Source: Candidatus Polarisedimenticolia bacterium (GTDB taxonomy: Bacteria > Acidobacteriota > Polarisedimenticolia > Gp22-AA2 > AA152). From it: a stretch of DNA of 64,000 nucleotides. Position 1 is the first letter of the stretch; each line of letters opens with the position of its first letter. The stretch is taken from assembly GCA_035764505.1 (NCBI GenBank), contig DASTZC010000281.1, positions 326-64,325 of the forward strand, read 5' to 3'. The notes below the pieces were generated by a model that saw nothing but the letters and a program-made list of their open reading frames with translations, was not told the origin of the DNA and did no database searches. Made by a program: the position numbers and the translations under genes. This document shows positions 47,337 through 56,182 of this stretch, piece by piece.

Positions 47337-48818
47337 ATGAAGAGGATATTGCTGCTGAACGGCCCGGACGACCGCGTCGATTCGGTCATGATCCGGAGCG
47401 GCGATCGCTGGCCGCACCGCCTGCCGCGCAAGCTCAGCCGGCAGGTGCCGCACGCCTACCCGTTCTGGTTCGCCCAATGCGGCGCGCTGCTGAAGGCGGA
47501 AGGGCACGAGGTCACCTATGTCGACGCCATCGCAGAGAATCTGGGGATCGACGGCACCGTCGAGCGTTATGCCACCCTGCGCCCCGACCTGGTGATCGTC
47601 GCCACCTCCACGCCGACCATCCACACCGACCTGCTGATGGCGCGGCTGGCCAAGGAGAAGATCGGGGCGTTCACCGTGCTGGTGGACACCCACGTGACCG
47701 TGTTCCACCGCGAGCTGGCCTCCGAGCCCTTCGTCGACGCGGCGGTACGGGGCGAGTTCGAAGTGGCGGTGAGCGAGATCGCCCGGGTCCTGGAGCAGGG
47801 AGCGGACCTCTCCGGCATCCCCGGGGTGACCTGGAAGCGCGCCGGCGAGGTGGTGGTGAACCCCGACCGCCCCCTCCTGAAAGACCTGGACCACCTTCCC
47901 TGGCCGGACCGCAGCCTGGTCCCCGCCGACCAGTACATCGTCGGATTGCGGACGCAGGATCCCTGCTACATGGTAATGGCCAGCCGGGGCTGCCCGTTCC
48001 GCTGCACCTTCTGCCTGTGGGTCCCGGTGATGTTCAACAACAAGGTCCGCTTCCGCGACGTCGAGAAGGTGGTGGACGAGATCGTCGATTTGCAGAAGCG
48101 CTTCGGGGCGCGCGAGGTCTTCTTCCACGACGACACCGTGAACGTCACGGTGCGCCGCGTAGAGGAGATCTGCAACGCCATCCTGCGGCGCGGGGTGCGC
48201 ATTGGCTGGATCGCCAACTTCCGCGCCGACCAGACCACACCCGAGCTTTTCCGGCTGATGAAGCGGGCCGGCTGCACGAAGATCCTCCTGGGGGTCGAGA
48301 GCGGCTCCCAACGCCTCCTGGACGAGACCATCGACAAGGAGATCACTCTGAAGGAGGTGGAGGACACGATCCGCTGGGCCAAGTCGGCGGGTATCCGCGT
48401 GCACTGCACCTACTCGCTCGGCGCTCCGGGAGAGACGCGCGAGACGATGCGCGAGACCCTGGAGTTCATCAAGAAGACCGATCCCGACGACATTCAGGTG
48501 AGCCTGATGACGCCGATTCCCGGCACCCCCTTCTACGAGAAGGTGAAGCACGAGGTAGCCGACTGGCACGACTTCGACGGCGTCTCGGGGCGCTCCTGGT
48601 GCGACCTGCCGACACCCGAGCTGAAGAACGCCATGAACCGGATCTACATCGAGCACTATCTGACGCCGCGGCGCATCCTCAAGCGGGTGACGCGCATGCG
48701 CAACCTCTACGACGTCAAGGAGAACTGGCGCCAGTTCAAGGCGTTCCTGAGCCGCTACGCGGCAACCGGTTTCCCGCGTCCCATCGGCACCTCTTTCGAG
48801 AGCGGAGAGCAGGCGTGA
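47337..48818 (+). CDS. B12-binding domain radical SAM protein (class B)
   Basis: An N-terminal cobalamin-binding Rossmann region is followed by SRGCPFRCTFC and a TIM-barrel rSAM core. The protein is 493 aa. Confidence 0.8.
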   Translation: MKRILLLNGPDDRVDSVMIRSGDRWPHRLPRKLSRQVPHAYPFWFAQCGALLKAEGHEVTYVDAIAENLGIDGTVERYATLRPDLVIVATSTPTIHTDLLMARLAKEKIGAFTVLVDTHVTVFHRELASEPFVDAAVRGEFEVAVSEIARVLEQGADLSGIPGVTWKRAGEVVVNPDRPLLKDLDHLPWPDRSLVPADQYIVGLRTQDPCYMVMASRGCPFRCTFCLWVPVMFNNKVRFRDVEKVVDEIVDLQKRFGAREVFFHDDTVNVTVRRVEEICNAILRRGVRIGWIANFRADQTTPELFRLMKRAGCTKILLGVESGSQRLLDETIDKEITLKEVEDTIRWAKSAGIRVHCTYSLGAPGETRETMRETLEFIKKTDPDDIQVSLMTPIPGTPFYEKVKHEVADWHDFDGVSGRSWCDLPTPELKNAMNRIYIEHYLTPRRILKRVTRMRNLYDVKENWRQFKAFLSRYAATGFPRPIGTSFESGEQA

Positions 48819-50017
48819 GAATCGCGGTGCTGTGCGGCCATTACCCCTATAGCGGGGCCGGGGTCATCGCCTTCGAGGCGGCCCGCGAGCTGGCGCGCGC
48901 CCACGAGGTTGCTTTCATCCATGGCGGCAGCGAGGAGCTCGACCTGCGGGAGGAAGGGCTGCGGCGGATTTCGCTGCCGCTGCCGCCCGAGCCGGACCGC
49001 CGCCCCTGGCATCTGTTCTGGAATCCGGCGATGATCCGCAAGCTGAAGGCGGCGCTGCGCTCCTTCCAGCCCGAGATCCTGCACTTCCACATCGTGCAGA
49101 GGCGCAGCTTCTCGCTGGCCGCCCTCCTCCTGTCGCGCCGCGCTCCGACCGTGTGGACGCTGCACGATCAGTGGCACCTCTGCCTGCGCTCGGTTCCCGA
49201 GCCGCCGTCGTGCGAAGGGATGCGGCGCCTGTGCGTCTTCTGCAGCGCCTGGCCGGGCGCTTCGATCGCGGGCAAGCTGCTCAAGGAGGCGGTCTACGCC
49301 GCCTCGCCCCTCGAAGTGGTGGTGCCGTCGCGCTGGCTCGAGGAGCTCACCCGCTACTCGCTTCTGGGACGCAAGAAGATGCATCTCGTCTACAACGGCA
49401 TCGACCTCGAGCGCTTCCAGCCCGCCTCGGAGGAGGCCGGCGATCGCGCCGTGACCCTGCTGTTCGTCTCCGGCCCGAACGATCCGACCAAGGGGCTCGC
49501 CGAGCTCCTGCAGGCCTTCCAGGCCCTGCGCGCGGCGCATCCGAAGGTAAAGCTGCGCCTGGTCGGGACACTCCCTCCCGGCGCGCCCGCCGAGGGGATC
49601 GAGGCGACCGGCAGCGTGGAGCGCGAGCGCATGCCCGAGGAATACCGGCGCGCCGATCTGTTCGTCCTCCCGACTCTGGCCGACAATACTCCCGTGACGC
49701 TCATGGAGGCGATGGCTTCCGGCCTGCCTTCCGTGGCCACCAGGGTGGGCGGCATCCCCGAGCTCGTGAGGGACGACGTCACGGGCCGTCTGGTGGCTCC
49801 CGGCGACGTCGCCGGTCTGACATCGGCCCTGGATGATCTGGTGCGCGACGGAGCGCAGCGTCGCGCCATGGGGCGTGCGGCCCGCCGCGAAGCGGAGGCC
49901 CGCTTCTCGCGGCGCCGGATGGCAGGGCAGCTGGAAGGAATCTACCGGGGAATGCTGGGTCGGATAGAGATGCGCGCGGCCGGCGCAGAGGCCTCGGCGG
50001 CGGGAGGTGCCTCATGA
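48815..50017 (+). CDS. GT4 (GT-B) glycosyltransferase
   Basis: A Glycos_transf_1 C-terminal domain (E..G.P....EAMA.G.P) is present. GTGA overlap. Confidence 0.75.
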   Translation: MRIAVLCGHYPYSGAGVIAFEAARELARAHEVAFIHGGSEELDLREEGLRRISLPLPPEPDRRPWHLFWNPAMIRKLKAALRSFQPEILHFHIVQRRSFSLAALLLSRRAPTVWTLHDQWHLCLRSVPEPPSCEGMRRLCVFCSAWPGASIAGKLLKEAVYAASPLEVVVPSRWLEELTRYSLLGRKKMHLVYNGIDLERFQPASEEAGDRAVTLLFVSGPNDPTKGLAELLQAFQALRAAHPKVKLRLVGTLPPGAPAEGIEATGSVERERMPEEYRRADLFVLPTLADNTPVTLMEAMASGLPSVATRVGGIPELVRDDVTGRLVAPGDVAGLTSALDDLVRDGAQRRAMGRAARREAEARFSRRRMAGQLEGIYRGMLGRIEMRAAGAEASAAGGAS

Positions 50018-51750
50018 AAGCAGTCATTCTCGCGGGCGGCCAGGACACCCACATGGTGCCGCTCGTCCGCACGGTCCCCAAGGCCCTGCTGCCCGTGGCC
50101 AACCGCCCGATGGTGGAATACCTGCTGCACCTCTTGAAGTCGAACGGGGTGCGCGAGGTCGCCCTGGCGGTAAGCGGCTCGGGAGATGCCTACAGCCATA
50201 CCCTCGGCGACGGAAAGGCCATCGGGATGCAGCTGCACTACTCGCAAGAGGCGCTGCCGCGCGGGACGGCCGGGTGCCTCCTCCCCTTGAAGGACTTCAT
50301 CGACTCGGAGCCCTTCATGGTGATCCACGGCAGCCTCTTCCTGGACGCCGACCTCGGCTCGCTCGGCGCGTTCCACCAGGACAAGGGGGCGGCGGTCACC
50401 ATCGCGGTGCGCCCCTACTCGGAAGGCTCCCGCGACTGGCACCACATGGAGCTCGAGGTAGGCGAGGAGGGGGAGGTCAGCTCCATGCGGGTGCGCAACC
50501 TCTCCCAGAGCGACCGCCTGGCCCGCGTGCCGGTGGGTGTCTACGTCTTCGATCCCGGGGTCCTCGATGTGATCCAGCCGGGAGTCTACTTCGACATCAA
50601 AGAGCAGCTCCTGCCGCGCCTGCGCGAGGAGGGCCGCGCCATCCAGGCGGTGGACCTGGACGGCTACTGCAAGAACGTCCTGGAATTGCGCGACTATCTG
50701 CGGGTCAACCGGGCGGTCCTGCTGGGGCACGTCAACGGCTACAGTTTCGAAGGCGAGATTGCCGATCGGATCTGGGTCGGGCGCGGCAGCCGCGTGTCCA
50801 ACATGTCGCACCTGTTCGGCCCGGTGATGATCGGACGCGATTGCGTCATCGGCTCCCAGACGCAGCTCATCGGGCCGGTGTGCATCGGTGACGGCTGCGT
50901 GGTGGAGGACGGCGCCGTGATCCGCGAGAGCTTGCTGCTCCCCGGGTCCCACGTGGAGCGCGACTCGCGGGTGGACGGCTGCGTCCTGGCGGCCGACACC
51001 GTCGTCTCCCCGGGCCAGAGCCTGCGCGGGGTGGTGGCGATCCCGGAGAGTCTGGACATCGGCGAGGTGGATCTCTCCGACGCCGACTTGGTCATCCAGG
51101 GGCTGGCCTCGTCGGCCGGGCATTACGCCCGCGGCCTCGCGGCGCGCGCCATGTACCGCTTCTTCAAGCGGGCCATGGATCTGGGGGCGGCGCTGGCCGG
51201 TCTCGTCCTGCTGCTGCCGGTGATTCTGGTGGTCGCCGCCGTCGTGAAGGCGACCTCTCCCGGGCCGATCTTCTTCCGCCAGAAGCGCTGCGGCCGCAAC
51301 GGACGCGAGTTCAAGATGGTCAAGTTCCGCACGATGGTGAAGGACGCCGAGGCGATGCAGACCGACCTGCGCCCCAAGAACGAGGTGGACGGTCCCATGT
51401 TCAAGATGGAGAACGATCCCCGCTCGACCAAGCTGGGGAAGCTCCTGCGCCGCTTCAGCATCGACGAGATCCCCCAGCTGTGGAACGTGCTGATGGGAGA
51501 GATGAGCCTGGTGGGCCCGCGCCCCCTGGCCGAGAAGGAGATGCAGTTCTGCCCGGCCTGGCGCGACGCGCGATTGAAGGTGCGGCCGGGGATCACCGGC
51601 CTGTGGCAGGTCAGCGGCCGGAGCAAGACGTCGTTTCACGACTGGATCCGCCTCGACATCGAATACGTGCGGGAGCGGTCCCTGATGCTGGATCTGAGAA
51701 TCCTCTTGCGGACCCTGTTCATCGTGTTCCACACGCGCGGGTCCTTCTGA
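50014..51750 (+). CDS. Fusion protein: an N-terminal sugar-1-phosphate nucleotidyltransferase with LbH domain, joined to a C-terminal polyprenyl-phosphate phosphoglycosyl transferase (Bac_transf/PglC-like initiating enzyme)
   Basis: The N-terminus has the NTP-transferase G-x-G-T-R-L-like motif (MKAVILAGGQDTHMVPL) and hexapeptide repeats. The C-terminus has a reentrant helix plus DEIPQLWNVL...VGPRP, the PGT catalytic signature. Confidence 0.75.
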   Translation: MKAVILAGGQDTHMVPLVRTVPKALLPVANRPMVEYLLHLLKSNGVREVALAVSGSGDAYSHTLGDGKAIGMQLHYSQEALPRGTAGCLLPLKDFIDSEPFMVIHGSLFLDADLGSLGAFHQDKGAAVTIAVRPYSEGSRDWHHMELEVGEEGEVSSMRVRNLSQSDRLARVPVGVYVFDPGVLDVIQPGVYFDIKEQLLPRLREEGRAIQAVDLDGYCKNVLELRDYLRVNRAVLLGHVNGYSFEGEIADRIWVGRGSRVSNMSHLFGPVMIGRDCVIGSQTQLIGPVCIGDGCVVEDGAVIRESLLLPGSHVERDSRVDGCVLAADTVVSPGQSLRGVVAIPESLDIGEVDLSDADLVIQGLASSAGHYARGLAARAMYRFFKRAMDLGAALAGLVLLLPVILVVAAVVKATSPGPIFFRQKRCGRNGREFKMVKFRTMVKDAEAMQTDLRPKNEVDGPMFKMENDPRSTKLGKLLRRFSIDEIPQLWNVLMGEMSLVGPRPLAEKEMQFCPAWRDARLKVRPGITGLWQVSGRSKTSFHDWIRLDIEYVRERSLMLDLRILLRTLFIVFHTRGSF

Positions 51751-51754
51751 GGGG

Positions 51755-53995
51755 TTGAGAGGAGAGAGGGAAATGAGGGAAGAGACGCAGCAGCAACAGA
51801 CCTCCGAGCTCGAGTTCGATATCCAGGCCTATCTCCGCCTGATCGCAGCCAACAAGTGGATCATCATCTCCTTCACGATCGTGCTCGGCGTCGCCGTGGG
51901 GGTCTGGTCGTCCCTGCAGCCCAAGCTGTACGAGGCCCAGAGCAGCGTCCTCGCGGGGCGCGAATTGCCCCGCCTGCTCAGCTTCGACGACGTCCTGCCG
52001 GGCGAGCAGATCCGCGACCTCAACTACGTCCAGACGCAGGTGGCGATCCTCGGGAGCCGCAGCTTCCTGCAGAAAGCGGTGAAGCGCCTCATCCGGGAGG
52101 GCTTCTACGGCAAGGTGGACGAGAAGGACGTCGAGAACAAGTCGCGCAAGCTCGCCAAGATGATGGAGCCGCGTATCAACGTCATGCCGGCCGGGCAGTC
52201 GCGCGTCCTCAAGATCACCGTGCGCGGCGGCTTCCCCGACCGGGTGGCGCGCATCGCCGATGCCATCGCCGAAGAATACGTCGACAGCAACCTGGAGAAG
52301 AAGCAGCAGATGGCGGACCAGGGGGTGACCTGGCTGGAATCAAGGCTGGCCGAGCAGAAGGCGAAGCTGGGCGAGGCCGAGTCGGCGCTGCAGACCTTCA
52401 AGGAGCAGGAGAACATCATGGCCTCCGACGAGGAGGATCCCTTCTCGACTCTGGCGCTGGGACGGCTGAATGAAGAGTACCTGACCACCCGCTTCCAGCG
52501 CATGGAACGCGAGCAGCGCATCGAGGCGCTCAAGCGCGCCACCAAGGGCGGCAGCTCCTCTTCTTCGGGGGCGAAGAGCGCCACCAACGCTCTCGACGCG
52601 GAGGTTCAGAACGCGGTCAAGGAGCAGATGAAGAAGGAATATGTCGACGGCCAAATCCAGCTGCGCGAGCTGTCGCAGCGCTACGGCCCGGACCATCCCG
52701 ACATCCTGTCCCTCAAGCTCAAGGTGGATCGGATCGGCGCGGAGCTGAAGACCATGGATGTCCCGGACATGGGGACGCCGAGTGCCGACCCGTCGCTGAA
52801 GGGTGCCTCCCTGGCCGAGCTGACCTCCGACTACAACATCCTCAAGAACAAGGAAGACGCCCTCGCCAAGACCCTCGAGTCCCACAAGGCGGCAGTGCGC
52901 AACGTCGGCCGCGTGGGGGTGCGCTACGGCTTCCTGAAGCAGGAGGTCGAGATCAATCGCACGACCTACAACGGGCTGCTGCAGCGCCTCAACGAGACGA
53001 AGCTGTCGGGCGAGATCAAGAACCCGGCCGTGCTGGTCCTGGACAAGGCCGAGGTCCCGACCATACCGGTGGAGCCCAACGTAGGGCGCAACATCATGAT
53101 GGCCCTGGTTCTCGGGCCGGTGTTCTCCATCGGCTTCGTCCTGCTGCGCGAGCACCTGGACAGCCGGATGAAGGGGCCGGATGACGCGGGCCGGACGCTG
53201 GGCCTGCCGGTCCTGTGCGTGGTCCCCGAGCTGCCGGGCGGGCCGGGCGAGAAGGTGAACGGCGTCATGCCGCTGCTGACGGTGAACGAGCCGCGCTCGC
53301 ACGTGGCGGAGATGTACCGAAATTTGAGAACCTCGATCCTGTTCTCCTCGGGGAAGCAGAACATCAAGACGGTCCTGGTCACCAGCGCGGTGGCGGGTGA
53401 AGGGAAGTCGACCACGGCGGCCAACCTCGCCGCGGTCATGGCCCAGAGCGGACGCAAGGTCCTGCTGATCGACGCCGATCTGCGGCGCCCCGCCCTGCAC
53501 CGCTATTTCAACCGCGAGCAGGGACGCGGCATCGTCCGTCTCCTGACCACCGACTGCACGCTGGAGGAGGCGATCCAGACCTCGAGCGTGGAAAACCTGG
53601 ATCTGCTGCTGTGCGTCGGCATCCCGCCCAATCCTTCCGAGCTGCTGGGCTCGGAGCGCGCGCGCATGGTCATGGAGCAGCTGAAGGCACGCTACGACCT
53701 GATCGTCGTCGACTCGCCGGTCCTGATCTCGGTGACCGACTCGGTGATCCTGGCGGCGCGCTCGGACGCGGTGCTGATGGTGCATCGTCCCGGGGCGGCG
53801 GAGCGTACCCTCGTGCGTCGGGCGCGGGAAAGGCTGGACGAGGTCCAGGCCAACGTCATCGGGCTGGTCCTGAACAAGGTGAATCTCAAGAAGCAGGGCT
53901 ACCGGTATCCGGAATACGGCTACTACGGCTACGAGGGCTATCCCTCGCAGGACGCCGCGGCCGAGAAACCCAAGGGAAAGCAGAAAAAGGCGTGA
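51755..53995 (+). CDS. wzc: Polysaccharide co-polymerase/BY-kinase (Wzc/EpsB-like tyrosine autokinase)
   Basis: It has an N-terminal TM segment, a Wzz periplasmic coiled coil, a second TM segment and Walker A GEGKSTTAANLA. The C-terminus carries the Tyr cluster YRYPEYGYYGYEGY. Confidence 0.85.
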   Translation: MRGEREMREETQQQQTSELEFDIQAYLRLIAANKWIIISFTIVLGVAVGVWSSLQPKLYEAQSSVLAGRELPRLLSFDDVLPGEQIRDLNYVQTQVAILGSRSFLQKAVKRLIREGFYGKVDEKDVENKSRKLAKMMEPRINVMPAGQSRVLKITVRGGFPDRVARIADAIAEEYVDSNLEKKQQMADQGVTWLESRLAEQKAKLGEAESALQTFKEQENIMASDEEDPFSTLALGRLNEEYLTTRFQRMEREQRIEALKRATKGGSSSSSGAKSATNALDAEVQNAVKEQMKKEYVDGQIQLRELSQRYGPDHPDILSLKLKVDRIGAELKTMDVPDMGTPSADPSLKGASLAELTSDYNILKNKEDALAKTLESHKAAVRNVGRVGVRYGFLKQEVEINRTTYNGLLQRLNETKLSGEIKNPAVLVLDKAEVPTIPVEPNVGRNIMMALVLGPVFSIGFVLLREHLDSRMKGPDDAGRTLGLPVLCVVPELPGGPGEKVNGVMPLLTVNEPRSHVAEMYRNLRTSILFSSGKQNIKTVLVTSAVAGEGKSTTAANLAAVMAQSGRKVLLIDADLRRPALHRYFNREQGRGIVRLLTTDCTLEEAIQTSSVENLDLLLCVGIPPNPSELLGSERARMVMEQLKARYDLIVVDSPVLISVTDSVILAARSDAVLMVHRPGAAERTLVRRARERLDEVQANVIGLVLNKVNLKKQGYRYPEYGYYGYEGYPSQDAAAEKPKGKQKKA

Positions 53996-55008
53996 AGCTC
54001 ATCATCCAGATCCCCTGCTTGAACGAGGAGACCACCCTCCCGATCACTCTCGCGGGGCTGCCGCGCAGCCTCCCCGGGGTGGATCGCATCGAGCTTCTGG
54101 TCATCGACGACGGGAGCACCGACCGCACCGCGGAGGTGGCCCGGCGCCTGGGCGTGCATCACGTCGTGGTGCTGCCGACCCACCAGGGGCTGGCACGCGC
54201 CTTCACCCAGGGACTGGACGCGGCCCTCAAGCTCGGCGCCGACATCATCGTGAACACCGATGCCGACAACCAGTACGACGCTCGCGATCTGGAGCGGCTC
54301 ATCACCCCCATCCTCGAGGGCACGGCGGATCTCGTCGTGGGCGATCGGCGGGTCCAGACGCTCGGGCACTTCTCACGGGTCAAGCGGATGCTGCACCGCC
54401 TCGGGGACCACGTGATGCGGCGCCTTTCGGGGCTGGAGCTGCTCGACTCGACCAGCGGCTACCGGGCCTTCAGCCGGGAGGCGGCGCTGCGGCTGAATGT
54501 CTTCTCGCGCTTCACCTATACCCTGGAGACGCTGATTCAGGCCGGCAAGAAGCATCTGGCGGTGGCGCACGTGCCGGTAGGTGTCAACAAACAGCTGCGC
54601 GAATCGCGGCTGTTCCCGAACCTGTGGTTCTACATCAAGCGGTCGGTGAGCACGATGGTGCGGATCTATGCGCTCTACGAGCCGCTGAAGGTCTTTGCCT
54701 ACGCCGGCCTGACGCTGCTGGCCGGCGGCGGGCTGCTGATCGCCCGGTTCTTCTACTTCTATTTCACCGCCGAGGGGTCCAGCGGCCACACCCAGTCGTT
54801 CCTGGCGGGGACGGCGCTCTCCATCCTCGGGGCGGTGACCATCCTCTTCGGCGTCGTCAGCGACCTGATGGCGGCCAACCGGCAGCTGGTCGAGGACGTG
54901 CAGTACCGGCTGCGCAAGATGGAGCTGGAGAATCTGGAGAGCGACTCGGAGCACGCCGCCTCGCGACGGAAGACTTCCTCCTGGGGCGGCGGAGGGAAGC
55001 CGTCATGA
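53992..55008 (+). CDS. GT2 polyprenyl-phosphate sugar synthase (GtrB/ArnC/DPM1-like) with two C-terminal TM helices
   Basis: IIQIPCLNEE...VIDDGSTD...DADNQY are present, with C-terminal TM segments. GTGA overlap. Confidence 0.75.
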   Translation: MKLIIQIPCLNEETTLPITLAGLPRSLPGVDRIELLVIDDGSTDRTAEVARRLGVHHVVVLPTHQGLARAFTQGLDAALKLGADIIVNTDADNQYDARDLERLITPILEGTADLVVGDRRVQTLGHFSRVKRMLHRLGDHVMRRLSGLELLDSTSGYRAFSREAALRLNVFSRFTYTLETLIQAGKKHLAVAHVPVGVNKQLRESRLFPNLWFYIKRSVSTMVRIYALYEPLKVFAYAGLTLLAGGGLLIARFFYFYFTAEGSSGHTQSFLAGTALSILGAVTILFGVVSDLMAANRQLVEDVQYRLRKMELENLESDSEHAASRRKTSSWGGGGKPS

Positions 55009-56135
55009 CGATGCGGCGCGTCCTCGTCACGGGAGGAGCCGGATTCATCGGCTCGCACCTGGTCGCCGCGCTGAGAGCGCGCGGGCACCGCGTGCGCGTC
55101 CTGGATGTCCTCGATCCGCAGGTGCACGGCCGCGACGGCCGGCACCGAGGCACGCCCGAGGACGTCGAGATGCTGCGCGGCGACATCCTGGACGAGGAGC
55201 TGCTCGGCCGTGCTCTGGAGGGCATCGAGGTGCTGTTTCATCAGGCCGCCAGCGTGGGCGTCGGCCAATCGATGTACGAGGCGGCCGCTTATACGCGGGT
55301 GAACAGCCTGGGGACGGCGCTGCTCATGCAGCGCCTGGCGGCGCCGGGCTCGAAGGTGGAGAAGGTCGTCGTCGCCTCGTCGATGTCGCTCTACGGCGAG
55401 GGATACTACTCCTGTCCCTCCTGCGGCCCGGTCCATCCGCAGCCGCGCAGCCGGCGCAGCCTGTCGCCGGGCGAATGGGAGCCGGCCTGCCCGCGCTGCA
55501 AGGCGCCGCTGGAGCCTCTACCCACGGCGGAGACGGTGCCACCTGCGCCCACATCGATCTACGCCATCACCAAGCGCTGCCAGGAGGAGACGGTGCTGGT
55601 GATGGGGCGCGCCTACGGCATTCCGGCCGTCGCCTTGCGCTACTTCAATGTCTATGGCCCCGGCCAGGCGCTGTCGAACCCTTACACCGGCGTGGCGGCG
55701 ATTTTCGCCAGCCGCCTGCTCAATGGGGCGGCCCCGATCCTCTTCGAGGACGGCATGCAGAGCCGCGATTTCATCCATGTCTCCGATATCGTGCGCGCCA
55801 ACCTGCTGGCGATGGAGAAGCCGCAGGCGGACGGCGAGGTGTTCAACGTGGGGACCGGCCGGCGCACGACCTTGCTGGAGATGGCCTCCTCGCTGGCGGC
55901 CAAGCTGCGCCCTCAGGGAGACGCGGCGCCCCAGGTGGCGGGGACCTTCCGGGAAGGCGACATCCGACATTGCTTCGCGGACGTGACGAAGATCGGCAAG
56001 GCCCTCGGATTCGAGGCGGCAATGCCCTTGGAGCGCGGCTACGAGGACCTGGCCGAGTGGGCCAGGACCCAGAAGCCGCAGGATTTCACCCGCGAGGCGG
56101 TCGCGGAGCTCGAGGCGCGCGGGCTGGTCTCCTGA
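55005..56135 (+). CDS. NAD-dependent epimerase/dehydratase (extended SDR) with inserted Cys4 zinc-ribbon
   Basis: GGAGFIGSHL, YxxxK and YFNVYGP are present. A ~40-aa insertion YYSCPSCGPV...PACPRCK interrupts the Rossmann core. Confidence 0.8.
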   Translation: MTMRRVLVTGGAGFIGSHLVAALRARGHRVRVLDVLDPQVHGRDGRHRGTPEDVEMLRGDILDEELLGRALEGIEVLFHQAASVGVGQSMYEAAAYTRVNSLGTALLMQRLAAPGSKVEKVVVASSMSLYGEGYYSCPSCGPVHPQPRSRRSLSPGEWEPACPRCKAPLEPLPTAETVPPAPTSIYAITKRCQEETVLVMGRAYGIPAVALRYFNVYGPGQALSNPYTGVAAIFASRLLNGAAPILFEDGMQSRDFIHVSDIVRANLLAMEKPQADGEVFNVGTGRRTTLLEMASSLAAKLRPQGDAAPQVAGTFREGDIRHCFADVTKIGKALGFEAAMPLERGYEDLAEWARTQKPQDFTREAVAELEARGLVS

Positions 56136-56182
56136 CCCGCGCCGCCCGGGAATCTCATTCACCGAAAGGAGTGCGCAGTTCC

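Noticed and set aside
47477-51732. ORFs 47477..50017 (+, 846 aa), 47253..48656 (-) and 49942..51732 (-, 596 aa).
   Set aside because: They overlap the B12-rSAM, GT4 and fusion PGT genes in the wrong frame or strand. Only the C-terminal 400 residues of 47477..50017 (from 48815) form the real GT4 gene.
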